Origin: Eledone cirrhosa
Taxonomy: Eukaryota
Length of the DNA stretch: 64,000 bases
NCBI GenBank assembly: GCA_964016885.1
Contig: CAXHJY010000300.1
Coordinates: 10,781 to 74,780, forward strand
Direction of reading: 5' to 3'
The position numbers and the translations under genes were made by a program. This document shows positions 13,899-27,114 of the stretch, piece after piece. Below the pieces are notes generated by a model. It was not told the DNA's origin, ran no database searches, and saw only the letters and a list, made by a program, of their open reading frames with translations. How positions within the stretch are numbered: the stretch's first letter is position 1; each line of letters starts with the position of its first letter.

Positions 13899-16860
13899 AT
13901 GTATTTTTAACTCTGATACTGGTTCAGTCTGGTTCAAACTGAATTGGTCTGTCCCAGTCATTCATTGAGCAACATCGGTGAAGTTGGCACCCTTAACTCA
14001 CAGTTGGGTGCGGATGCATTCATGTATATATGTGTGTGTCCGCATGTATCTGTGTGTTTCTAAATGTATTAATAACTCCCTCTGGTCGAGCAATCTTTGA
14101 AGTGTGGGGATAACTGAAAGCTTCCATTACTCATACTTCTCGCCTTCTTCACTACCTCTTCTACGGCCTCGATATGAATACCCCCTCCGCCTCCGTGGTA
14201 TTTTTTTCGTGGTTATAAGAGGCTTAGCTCTGTTTCTCGACCGTTATATCGCGTGACTATCTCCCCCTCCGCCTTTTGGGATTCTTTCTCACGTCGTGTA
14301 GACGCGTTCTTGAGACTAGTAAAATGAGGTATCCTCTTGATAAGTCGGCAGACCTCGCAAGGACTCTATATCTTTGATATATTGTTTTTGTTTATGCCAC
14401 GAAACTACGTAGTCGAGGAATTTAGGAACAGTTTAGGTATGATACATTTTATTACTAATTATATCTAAATGTTTCTTCTCTCTTCATAATGTATTTTTAA
14501 CTCTGATACTGGTTCAGTCTGGTTCAAACTGAATTGGTCTGTCCCAGTCATTCATTGAGCAACATCGGTGAAGTTGGCACCCTTAACTCACAGTTGGGTG
14601 CGGATGCATTCATGTATATATGTGTGTGTCCGCATGTATCTGTGTGTTTCTAAATGTATTAATAACTCCCTCTGGTCGAGCAATCTTTGAAGTGTGGGGA
14701 TAACTGGAAAGCTTCCATTACTCATACTTCTCGCCTTCTTCACTACCTCTTCTACGGCCTCGATATGAATACCCCCTCCGCCTCCGTGGTATTTTTTTCG
14801 TGGTTATAAGAGGCTTAGCTCTGTTTCTCGACCGTTATATCGCGTGACTATCTCCCCCTCCGCCTTTTGGGATTCTTTCTCACGTCGTGTAGACGCGTTC
14901 TTGAGACTAGTAAAATGAGGTATCCTCTTGATAAGTCGGCAGACCTCGCAAGGACTCTATATCTTTGATATATTGTTTTTGTTTATGCCACGAAACTACG
15001 TAGTCGATGAATTTAGGAACAGTTTAGGTATGATACATTTTATTACTAATTATATCTAAATGTTTCTTCTCTCTTCATAATGTATTTTTAACTCTGATAC
15101 TGGTTCAGTCTGGTTCAAACTGAATTGGTCTGTCCCAGTCATTCATTGAGCAACATCGGTGAAGTTGGCACCCTTAACTCACAGTTGGGTGCGGATGCAT
15201 TCATGTATATATGTGTGTGTCCGCATGTATCTGTGTGTTTCTAAATGTATTAATAACTCCCTCTGGTCGAGCAATCTTTGAAGTGTGGGGATAACTGGAA
15301 AGCTTCCATTACTCATACTTCTCGCCTTCTTCACTACCTCTTCTACGGCCTCGATATGAATACCCCCTCCGCCTCCGTGGTATTTTTTTCGTGGTTATAA
15401 GAGGCTTAGCTCTGTTTCTCGACCGTTATATCGCGTGACTATCTCCCCCTCCGCCTTTTGGGATTCTTTCTCACGTCGTGTAGACGCGTTCTTGAGACTA
15501 GTAAAATGAGGTATCCTCTTGATAAGTCGGCAGACCTCGCAAGGACTCTATATCTTTGATATATTGTTTTTGTTTATGCCACGAAACTACGTAGTCGATG
15601 AATTTAGGAACAGTTTAGGTATGATACATTTTATTACTAATTATATCTAAATGTTTCTTCTCTCTTCATAATGTATTTTTAACTCTGATACTGGTTCAGT
15701 CTGGTTCAAACTGAATTGGTCTGTCCAGTCATTCATTGAGCAACATCGGTGAAGTTGGCACCCTTAACTCACAGTTGGGTGCGGATGCATTCATGTATAT
15801 ATGTGTGTGTCCGCATGTATCTGTGTGTTTCTAAATGTATTAATAACTCCCTCTGGTCGAGCAATCTTTGAAGTGTGGGGATAACTGGAAAGCTTCCATT
15901 ACTCATACTTCTCGCCTTCTTCACTAACCTCTTCTACGGCCTCGATATGAATACCCCCTCCGCCTCCGTGGTATTTTTTTCGTGGTTATAAGAGGCTTAG
16001 CTCTGTTTCTCGACCGTTATATCGCGTGACTATCTCCCCCTCCGCCTTTTGGGATTCTTTCTCACGTCGTGTAGACGCGTTCTTGAGACTAGTAAAATGA
16101 GGTATCCTCTTGATAAGTCGGCAGACCTCGCAAGGACTCTATATCTTTGATATATTGTTTTTGTTTATGCCACGAAACTACGTAGTCGAGGAATTTAGGA
16201 ACAGTTTAGGTATGATACATTTTATTACTAATTATATCTAAATGTTTCTTCTCTCTTCATAATGTATTTTTAACTCTGATACTGGTTCAGTCTGGTTCAA
16301 ACTGAATTGGTCTGTCCCAGTCATTCATTGAGCAACATCGGTGAAGTTGGCACCCTTAACTCACAGTTGGGTGCGGATGCATTCATGTATATATGTGTGT
16401 GTCCGCATGTATCTGTGTGTTTCTAAATGTATTAATAACTCCCTCTGGTCGAGCAATCTTTGAAGTGTGGGGATAACTGGAAAGCTTCCATTACTCATAC
16501 TTCTCGCCTTCTTCACTACCTCTTCTACGGCCTCGATATGAATACCCCCTCCGCCTCCGTGGTATTTTTTTCGTGGTTATAAGAGGCTTAGCTCTGTTTC
16601 TCGACCGTTATATCGCGTGACTATCTCCCCCCTCCGCCTTTTGGGATTCTTTCTCACGTCGTGTAGACGCGTTCTTGAGACTAGTAAAATGAGGTATCCT
16701 CTTGATAAGTCGGCAGACCTCGCAAGGACTCTATATCTTTGATATATTGTTTTTGTTTATGCCACGAAACTACGTAGTCGAGGAATTTAGGAACAGTTTA
16801 GGTATGATACATTTTATTACTAATTATATCTAAATGTTTCTTCTCTCTTCATAATGTATT
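13899..16860 (+). mobile_element. Tandem array of five ~591-bp non-coding units, each with a hammerhead (retrozyme-like)
   Basis: Units start at 13899, 14489, 15080, 15671 and 16262, with a stub at 16854. They are near-identical and have no long ORF. An inverted ~75-bp fragment of the unit (~13825-13899) precedes the array. Confidence 0.85.
14332..14419 (+). ncRNA. Type I hammerhead with U3-A8 core (family F); other copies at 14923, 15514, 16105, 16697, 58509 and 59100
   Basis: TCCTC-TTGATAA-GTcGGCA...TGCCAC-GAA-ACTACGTAGT-C-GAGGA. Stem III is a perfect 10-nt palindrome. Predicted cut after 14414. Confidence 0.75.
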
Positions 16861-17017
16861 TATATATATATATATATATGTATACATATATATATATGTA
16901 TATATATACATATATACATACATATTTATATATATATATATATATGCATACATATATATATATGTATATATATACATATATACATACATATTTATATATA
17001 TATATATATATGTATAC

Positions 17018-17060
<43 letters not shown>

Positions 17061-17074
17061 CATATATATATATG

Positions 17075-17120
<46 letters not shown>

Positions 17121-17156
17121 CACATATATATATATATCTTTACATATATATATATG

Positions 17157-17192
<36 letters not shown>

Positions 17193-17240
17193 CATATATA
17201 TATACATATATATATATATATCTTTACATATATATATATG

Positions 17241-17276
<36 letters not shown>

Positions 17277-17311
17277 CATATATATATACATATATATATA
17301 TATATCTTTAC

Positions 17312-17360
<49 letters not shown>

Positions 17361-17408
17361 CATATATATATACATATATATATATATATCTTTACATATA
17401 TATATATG

Positions 17409-17474
<66 letters not shown>

Positions 17475-17542
17475 TATATCTTTACATATATATATATATG
17501 TATATATATATATACATATATATATCTTTACATATATATATG

Positions 17543-17617
<75 letters not shown>

Positions 17618-17618
17618 G

Positions 17619-17679
<61 letters not shown>

Positions 17680-17680
17680 G

Positions 17681-17735
<55 letters not shown>

Positions 17736-17828
17736 GTATATATATACATATATATATATATACATATATATATACATATATATATATATACATATATACA
17801 TATATATATACATATATACATATATACA

Positions 17829-17859
<31 letters not shown>

Positions 17860-18068
17860 ACATATATACATATATACATATATATACATATATACATACA
17901 TATATATATACATATATATACATATATACATACATATATATATACATATATATACATATATACATACATATATATATATATATACATATATATACATATA
18001 TACATATATATATATATACATATATATATATGTATATATATACATATATATATGTATATATATATGTA

Positions 18069-18099
<31 letters not shown>

Positions 18100-18116
18100 G
18101 TATATATATATGTATA

Positions 18117-18147
<31 letters not shown>

Positions 18148-18272
18148 GTATATATATATATACATATATACATATACATATATATATATATACATATATA
18201 TATATGTATATATATATATACATATATACATATATATATATATATACATATATATATATGTATATATATACA

Positions 18273-18303
<31 letters not shown>

Positions 18304-18345
18304 GTATATATATATATACATATATATATGTATATATATATACAC

Positions 18346-18404
<59 letters not shown>

Positions 18405-18735
18405 CATATATATATACATATATATACATATACATATATATATATATATACATATATATACATATACATATATATATATACATATATATATATACATATA
18501 TATATATACATATACATATATATATACATATACATATATACATATATATATACATATATATATACATATACATATATATATATACATATATATATATATA
18601 CATATATATATACATATACATATATATATATACATATATATATACATATCCATATATATACATATATATATATACATATATATATATATACATATACATA
18701 TATATACATACATATATATATATACATATACATAC

Positions 18736-18789
<54 letters not shown>

Positions 18790-18896
18790 GTATGTATATA
18801 TATATATATGTATGTATATATATATATATGTATGTATATATATATATATATATGTATGTATATATATATATATGTATGTATATATATATATATATG

Positions 18897-18928
<32 letters not shown>

Positions 18929-18966
18929 TATATATGTATGTAATATATATATATATATATGTATGT

Positions 18967-19000
<34 letters not shown>

Positions 19001-19011
19001 GTATATATATA

Positions 19012-19103
<92 letters not shown>

Positions 19104-19144
19104 TATACATATATACATATACATATATATATATATACATATAC

Positions 19145-19179
<35 letters not shown>

Positions 19180-19301
19180 CATACATGTACATATATATAT
19201 ATATCTATACATATACATATATATATATACATACATGTACATATATATATATATATATAATATATATATACATATACATATATATATATACATACATGTA
19301 C

Positions 19302-19335
<34 letters not shown>

Positions 19336-19407
19336 ACATACATATACATATATATACATATACATATACATATATACATACATATACATATATATATATA
19401 TATACAT
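16861..19407. repeat. (TA)n/(TACA)n microsatellite tract with higher-order periodicity
   Basis: Direct reading. A TCTTTACA marker recurs at ~84-bp spacing around 17137-17390. Confidence 0.95.
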
Positions 19408-19453
19408 ATTAAGAGAGTAAAACAAAGAATCCTTTAATACATCAAAAGTTTTT

Positions 19454-19498
19454 ATTAGCCGACAATGTTTCGTCCTATTAAGGACTCATCAGGGCAAT
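19454..19498 (-). ncRNA. Type I hammerhead (family G), inverted-arm copy
   Basis: Reverse complement of 24932-24976. Confidence 0.85.
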
Positions 19499-19846
19499 CA
19501 AACAACAAGAGGTAATATCGGCAGATACAAGCCAGAAACTCTGAAGAATATGGAGTGTACATACACTAATGTCTTGCAAATATATACGATAATAAAAAGG
19601 CAAATAAAGATAAAAATAATAAAATTATAATAACTAAGGATGTAGATAACATTAAGAACCATATTACAAATATAGTCCAAAGCCACCAACCTAAATCTAA
19701 ACAAATTTGGTTATATAGAGCAGGAATTATATATAACACAATATAATACATTATAATAATAATATATTTATACCAACATTAAAATTCCAAATTAAAAATT
19801 AAAAATCAAAGGTACAATATATACATGTATATTTGTGCGCGCGCAC

Positions 19847-19883
<37 letters not shown>

Positions 19884-20539
19884 ACAATACACATATCTAT
19901 GTTCTATTACACAGAAATTAAGCCCTATTAGAAGTTTGAATATTAAAAATAAGCATGGTAATAGTGAAAATAATACTAATACATCTACCCAATATACATG
20001 AGGCAATAATATGATATAATTACAAGAAACACTTATAACAAATAATAAATAACAAAATTATATAATTCAATACAATACAATAAAGTAGAATAGATAATCC
20101 CCGGTTAATTTACAGAAACAATATAGATGTCACAATGAAATACAATGATAAAATGTTAACATTATATTAACCAGTACCATAAACAATATATACAAAATGA
20201 TTCATACTGGGTTACATAATAAATGAGGAAATATAAATCATATAATACTCAAAAAAACTATAATGGTACAGGGAAAAATTATGATGTTACAGAAAAAATA
20301 TGATGTTACAGAAAAAAATATACAGACATCTAACATGATATGTAAAGTCTAAATATCATAATGTTACATATTACAATATTAAAATTGAAATATTAAAAAA
20401 AATCCAGACATCTTACATGATATATAAAGTTTAAATATCATAATGTTTATATATAATGAACGGTAAGTAATAAGGATCTATATCATAATGTAATATATTT
20501 TAAAATTGGCATAAAATATATAAATACTTATAATTAAAA

Positions 20540-22769
20540 AAAACTACGCTTGAGAATTTGAACCACATCAATAGTGAGGGCCTTAGAATAGTCTCTGACC
20601 TCGGACTCGATAAGTATAACTAGCCATATTACCCTCGAGAACCGAGATTCACACTTAAGGACCATAAGGTTGATTTTATTAGTAACCCCTCAGTTAGACT
20701 TATCTGTCCTTCTAAGTCGGATATAGCCATTATCAGTAAAAAAATCCTTGACCTTATTATACCAGATGTTAGGGATAAGGTTAATTTTAACTTATGGGGG
20801 AACACTAGGGAAGTTATAGATTGGTTCTCTGGGATTAATAGACTTGAATCTAATAAGTTTATCCAATTCGATATTGATGCCTACTACACATCAATTTCAC
20901 CCATCCTCCTCAATAAAGCCTTAATGTTGGCCATGAGAGTGTCCAGCCTTACACGATTGCAGGTAGATATTATACTAGCAGCCCGTAAAACTATTATTAA
21001 ATTTGAGGACACTTTTTGGACCCGTAAAAACACGCCCAATAATTTCGACGTTACAATGGGTTCGAGTGATTCGGCCCAGGTTACTGATCTTGTTGGGTTG
21101 TTCCTCCTTAATGAACTATACGCTACCTTCCCGCACCTTGTAGGCGGACTATATCGTGATGATGCATTGTTTGTAATTAACTCTAGTACCAACAATGTAG
21201 AACGTAATAAGAAGAAGCTTTATAGGTTTTTTAATAGCTACAACCTTTCAATCACGATAGATAGAAATGATAGAGCGGTTAACTTTTTAGATGTGACTTT
21301 GGACTTGGCCACTAATAGTTTTAAACCCTTCCATAAGCCTAATGAAATTCTTTCTTATGTTAGCCCCAATTATAACCACCCTAAGTCTATGATAAACTCT
21401 ATAATTAAGGGCGTTTCTAATAGGATTTCCACACTATCTAAGGACATAGGAACTTTTAATGAACATGCGGAGTACTACAATAACGCCCTAGAAAATTCAG
21501 GTCACTCTAGTAAAATAAATTATAATAATAGTAACTTTAGAAAGTCTCCGCTTACTCTTAATAACAATAACATTATATCACATAACATGGCCATGAATGG
21601 GAGTAGCAAACATAGTAACCGTAGAACTCATATAGGAGTATCTGAACCCACCCATAAGTTATCCCACCGGACTCGTAATAACAAATATAATACCTCTAAG
21701 AGACAAGTCGAGCCCCCTGTGCGCTCACGCATTGGTGTTGGTTTGGCTGGATCTTATTCTAGTAATGTTGCTCTTACTGATCCTATCATTGGCCTTAATC
21801 CTCTTGTAGGGATTCTGGACAACAGCGGATCTACTAGAGGTAGAAACTATAATAGGCATAACGAAATTATGGCTGATTCTATGAATGTGGCTTCAACTAT
21901 TCCCGATAGTAACCCTAGTCTCGACGGTGGGACATTTGATAGAGGTAGGGTCGATAAGAATAAAAATAAAAATAGAAGGCGATTGAATACTTATTTCAAC
22001 CCGCCATATAATCAGGATGTATCAACTAATATCCCTAGGTCTTTCTTCACTATCTTGGAGAAAAATGTCCCCCCTTCTCACAAATACCATGGTATTTTTA
22101 ATAAAAAATGTTATTAAACTCTCATTCTCTACCACCCCTAATATTAGTTCTCATTTAGCTAGCACTAATAATAGGAAAATTAGGGATGGATTCTCCTCTC
22201 TACATACTACTAGTCTGAATGCATCGGACAATGCTTTACCACCAGAACAGTCCTTATCTAATAGAGGTCCTACGTGCAATACATCACCACTCGAGCCAAC
22301 CAATAACACCCGGAAGTGCAATTGTAGAGTGAGTGCTAACTGCCCTCTAAACGGTAACTGCCTTTCTAAGAACATTGTCTATGCTTGCGAGGTTATAACT
22401 AATTCCTCTAAAAGAACGTATATAGGATCTACTTCAAACACTTTTAAGACTAGGTTTAACTCTCATATCTCTAACTTCAAACATGTTAGGTTTAAGAATT
22501 CTACCTCTCTAGCGCATTATATCTGGGATCTTAAGGGAGCTTATTTACCATATAGCCTTAACTGGAGTTTAGTAGCACGATCTAACCACCTTTCTGCACA
22601 TAGTAAGTTTTGTAATCTCTGTATACTTGAGACACACTCTATTATTTTCTCTAGCGTACCCTTACTGAATAGAAAGTCTGAGATATTCTCTTCTTGCCCC
22701 CACGCCATTTCTAATTCATACTTTTATTATAAACCCAAATGTTCTAGTAGTACAAATTGTACCCATTAG
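20540..22769 (+). pseudogene. PLE RT plus GIY-YIG ORF with one stop near 20620 and a frameshift near 22105
   Basis: FTLKDHK, VRLICPSKSD, FIQFDIDAYY, FDVTMGSSDSAQ, GLYRDD, VNFLDVTL, YFNPPY, CNCR-x4-CPLNGNC, IVY...TYIG, CNLCILE, LNRKSE. Confidence 0.92.
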
Positions 22770-24045
22770 CAGAAATATTCCATTACTTAGTTTTTTGTTT
22801 GGGTTCTTTTGTTTGCCAACATTAATGTTATCATTGGTTTTTGATGACTCTTCATTCTAGCTCTCATAATCATTTGGCCACTGTACCATATCTATGTCTT
22901 CACTATTACACCTTGTTAGTATACATAAGATTACACACTTTACGCCACTTACGTTATTCTATTATTATCTTTATATTTTTTTATTATTATTAACTTTAAT
23001 TTTAATTTTAATATTATTTTTATTTTTATTTTTATTTTTAATTCTATTTTTATTTTTTATTTCTAAGTCTATTCTGATTTATCTATCGACCCCCCCCCCC
23101 TTTCTCCCCCTCCCCCTCCCCCCCCATGCACACACAAACTTATTGTCAACCCCTCCAGATTGAATATGATTATATTTAACCCCCCCTCTTTTATGCTCCG
23201 TTCTATTATTTATTATAGTATATCGAATATATTTTATGCCACTTCGCACCCTCCATATATTTTGTCAATTCTGTCCCCATTAGCTTACCTTAACTCCACT
23301 TAAGTCAGTTTTTTAGATATCGTTGCGTATATGATAGTGTAATTTTATTCCTTTTTGTAAACATTTGTAATGATACATTAAAGTTTATATACTTTAATGA
23401 ATTAAACTACAGCTAATATTATACTACCTTATCGGACGGGTTCGATATTTTTAATATTAATTTATCAGATAGGGTTTGGAGTCATTTAAAATGATCGCTT
23501 TCCTTGGTGTTTACCTAATTTCTTAATGCACGCGAGGCCTAAATGTGTATACATTTGCTTTTGTTTTGTAATTTCCGGTTGATTGTATTTATTTGTTTTA
23601 TTCTATATTCTATTTACTATTCACTGTCTGGCTTCGCTCACTCATCCACACATGTCTGTCTACTAACCTTGTAATTATAAGTATTTATATATTTTATGCC
23701 AATTTAAAAATATATTACATTATGATATAGATCCTTATTACTTACCGTTCATTATATATAACATTATGATATTTAAACTTTATATATCATGTAAGATGTC
23801 TGGATTTTTTTAATATTTTAATTTTAATATTGTAATATGTAACATTCTGATATTTAGACTTTACATATCATGTTAGTTGTCTGTATATTTTTTTCTGTAA
23901 CATCATATTTTTTCTGTAACATCATAATTTTTCCCTGTACCATTATAGTTTTTTTGAGTATTATATGATTTATATTTCCTCATTTATTATGTAACCCAGT
24001 ATGAATCATTTTGTATATATTGTTTATGGTACTGGTTAACATAAT

Positions 24046-24229
24046 TGTTTCTACTTTAGGCACAAGGCCAGCAATTACCCAGTGCATTACTGGTACTTCA
24101 TTTTATCGACCCCGTAGGATGAAAGGCAAAGTCAACCTCGGCGGGATTTGAACTCAGATCGTAAAGGGACGTAACTATGCTGGAAAGCATGGCGCCCGAC
24201 CCTCTACCGATACTGCCAAACACCAACTT
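24046..24229 (-). mobile_element. tRNA-derived SINE with MetaSINE-like central domain and 14-bp target-site duplication
   Basis: Minus strand has A-box-like TGGCAGTATCGG, B box GAGTTCAAATCCC, then GCCTTTCATCCTACGGGGTCGATAAAATGAAGTACCAG. TSD CTGGTTAACATAAT at 24032-24045 and 24230-24243. The empty site is present in the inverted arm. Confidence 0.88.
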
Positions 24230-24533
24230 CTGGTTAACATAATGTTAACATTTTATCATTGTATTTCATTGTGACATCTATATTGTTTCTGTAAATTAAC
24301 CGGGGATTATCTATTCTACTTTATTGTATTGTATTGAATTATATAATTTTGTTGTTTATTATTTGTTATAAGTGTTTCTTGTAATTATATCATATTATTG
24401 CCTCATGTATATTGGGTAGATGTATTAGTATTATTTTCACTATTACCATGCTTATTTTTAATATTCAAACTTCTAATAGGGCTTAATTTCTGTGTAATAG
24501 AACATAGATATGTGTATTGTTATATGTGTGTGT

Positions 24534-24592
<59 letters not shown>

Positions 24593-24931
24593 CAAATATA
24601 CATGTATATATTGTACCTTTTGATTTTTAATTTTTAATTTGGAATTTTAATGTTCGTATAAATATATTATTATTATAAGGTATTATATTGTGTTATATAT
24701 AATTCCTGCTCTATATAACCAAATTTGCTTAGATTTAGGTTGGTGGCTTTGGACTATATTTGTTATATGGTTCTTAATGTTATCTACATCCTTAGTTATT
24801 ATAATTTTATTATTTTTATCTTTATTTTCATTTTTATTGTCGTATATATTTGCAAGACATTAGTGTATGTACACTCCATATTCTTCAGAGTTTCTGGCTT
24901 GTATCTGCCGATATTACCTCTTGTTGTTTTG

Positions 24932-24976
24932 ATTGCCCTGATGAGTCCTTAATAGGACGAAACATTGTCGGCTAAT
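24932..24976 (+). ncRNA. Type I hammerhead (family G), canonical core
   Basis: ATTGCC-CTGATGA-GTCCT taat AGGAC-GAA-ACATTGT-C-GGCtAAT. Confidence 0.88.
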
Positions 24977-25748
24977 AAAAACTTTTGATGTATTAAAGGA
25001 TTCTTTGTTTTACTCTCTTAATTTTTGGGCTCTGTTTAACTGCATTGAGCTATACCTTTTACTGTCATTTCTATAATACGAAGAGGGTGTTTGACTCAAA
25101 CACGCTCCAGTATTCTAATCCTTATATATATACATATACATATATATATACATATACATATATATATACATATATATATACAAATACACATATACATATA
25201 TATATATACATATATATATATATACAAATACACATATACATATATATATACATATATACATATATATATATATATACATACATATACATATATATACATA
25301 TACATATACATATATATACATATATATACATATACATATACATATACATATATATACATATATATATATACATATACATATATATACATACATATATATA
25401 TATATACATATACATATATATACATACATATATATATACATATACATATATATATATATACATATACATATATATATATATATACATACACATATATATA
25501 TATATATACATACACATATATAAATATATACATATACATATATATATATATATACATACACATATATATATATATACATACACATATATATATATATACA
25601 TACATATACATATATATACATACATACATATACATATATATATATACATAAATACATATACATATATATATATATACATATACATATACATACATATATA
25701 TATACATACATATACATACATATATATATATATACATATACATACATA

Positions 25749-25782
<34 letters not shown>

Positions 25783-25887
25783 CATATATATACATACATA
25801 TACATACATATATATATATATATACATACATATATATATATATACATACATATATATATATATACATACATATATATATATACATAC

Positions 25888-25918
<31 letters not shown>

Positions 25919-25923
25919 CATAC

Positions 25924-25954
<31 letters not shown>

Positions 25955-25989
25955 CATACATATATATATATATACATACATATATATAT

Positions 25990-26022
<33 letters not shown>

Positions 26023-26625
26023 TATATATACACATATATATACATATATATATACACATATATATACATATACATACATATATATATACACATATATATA
26101 CATATATATATACACATATATATACATATATATATATATACATATATATACACACATATATATACACACATATATATACATATATATATACACATATATA
26201 TATATATACATATATATACATATATATATATATATACATATATATACATATATATATATATACATACATATATATACATATATATATATATACATACATA
26301 TACATATATATATATATACATACATATATATACATATATATATATACATACATATATATACATATATATATATATACATACATATATATATATATATATA
26401 CATACATATATATACATATATATATATATACATACATATATATACATATATATATATATACATACATATATATATATATACATACATATATATATATATA
26501 CATACATATATATATATATATACATACATATATATATATATATACATACATATATATATATATACATACATATATATATATATACATACATATATATATA
26601 TATATACACATATATATATATATAC

Positions 26626-26700
<75 letters not shown>

Positions 26701-26729
26701 CATACATACATACATATATATATACATAC

Positions 26730-26763
<34 letters not shown>

Positions 26764-26797
26764 ACATATACATATATATACATATACATATATATAC

Positions 26798-26847
<50 letters not shown>

Positions 26848-26937
26848 TAAGTTAATACTGGCCAGTTAATACTGGCCAATTAATACTGGCTATTAAGTTA
26901 ATACTGGCCAAAACATTTCAAAGTTATTCAAAGTTAT
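26848..26937 (+). mobile_element. Minimal 3'-end fragment of the CR1-group LINE with reiterated TTAATACTGGC
   Basis: AATACTGGCCAAAACATTTCAAAGTTATTCAAAGTTA is identical to the LINE 3' end. It is preceded by further TTAATACTGGC copies (four in total). Confidence 0.8.
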
Positions 26938-27114
26938 ACATATATATACATACATATACATATACATATATATACATACATATACATATATATATACATA
27001 TATATATATATATACATATACATATACATATATATATACATACATATACATACATATACATACATATACATATACATATATATATACATACATATATATA
27101 TATATACATACATA

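Larger units (their letters stand above)
19408..25123 (+). mobile_element. Penelope-like element (Nematis/Bridge-like), 5'-truncated, with inverted pLTR at the 5' end
   Basis: 19408-20536 is the reverse complement of 23672-25022, except for the SINE. The ORF lies between the arms. (TA)n on both sides. Confidence 0.9.

Noticed and set aside
13899-16860. CRISPR-like array, or tRNA/5S/snRNA tandem cluster
   Set aside because: There are no unique spacers and no recognisable cloverleaf or snRNA sequence. GGTTCAAACT does not fit the B-box consensus.
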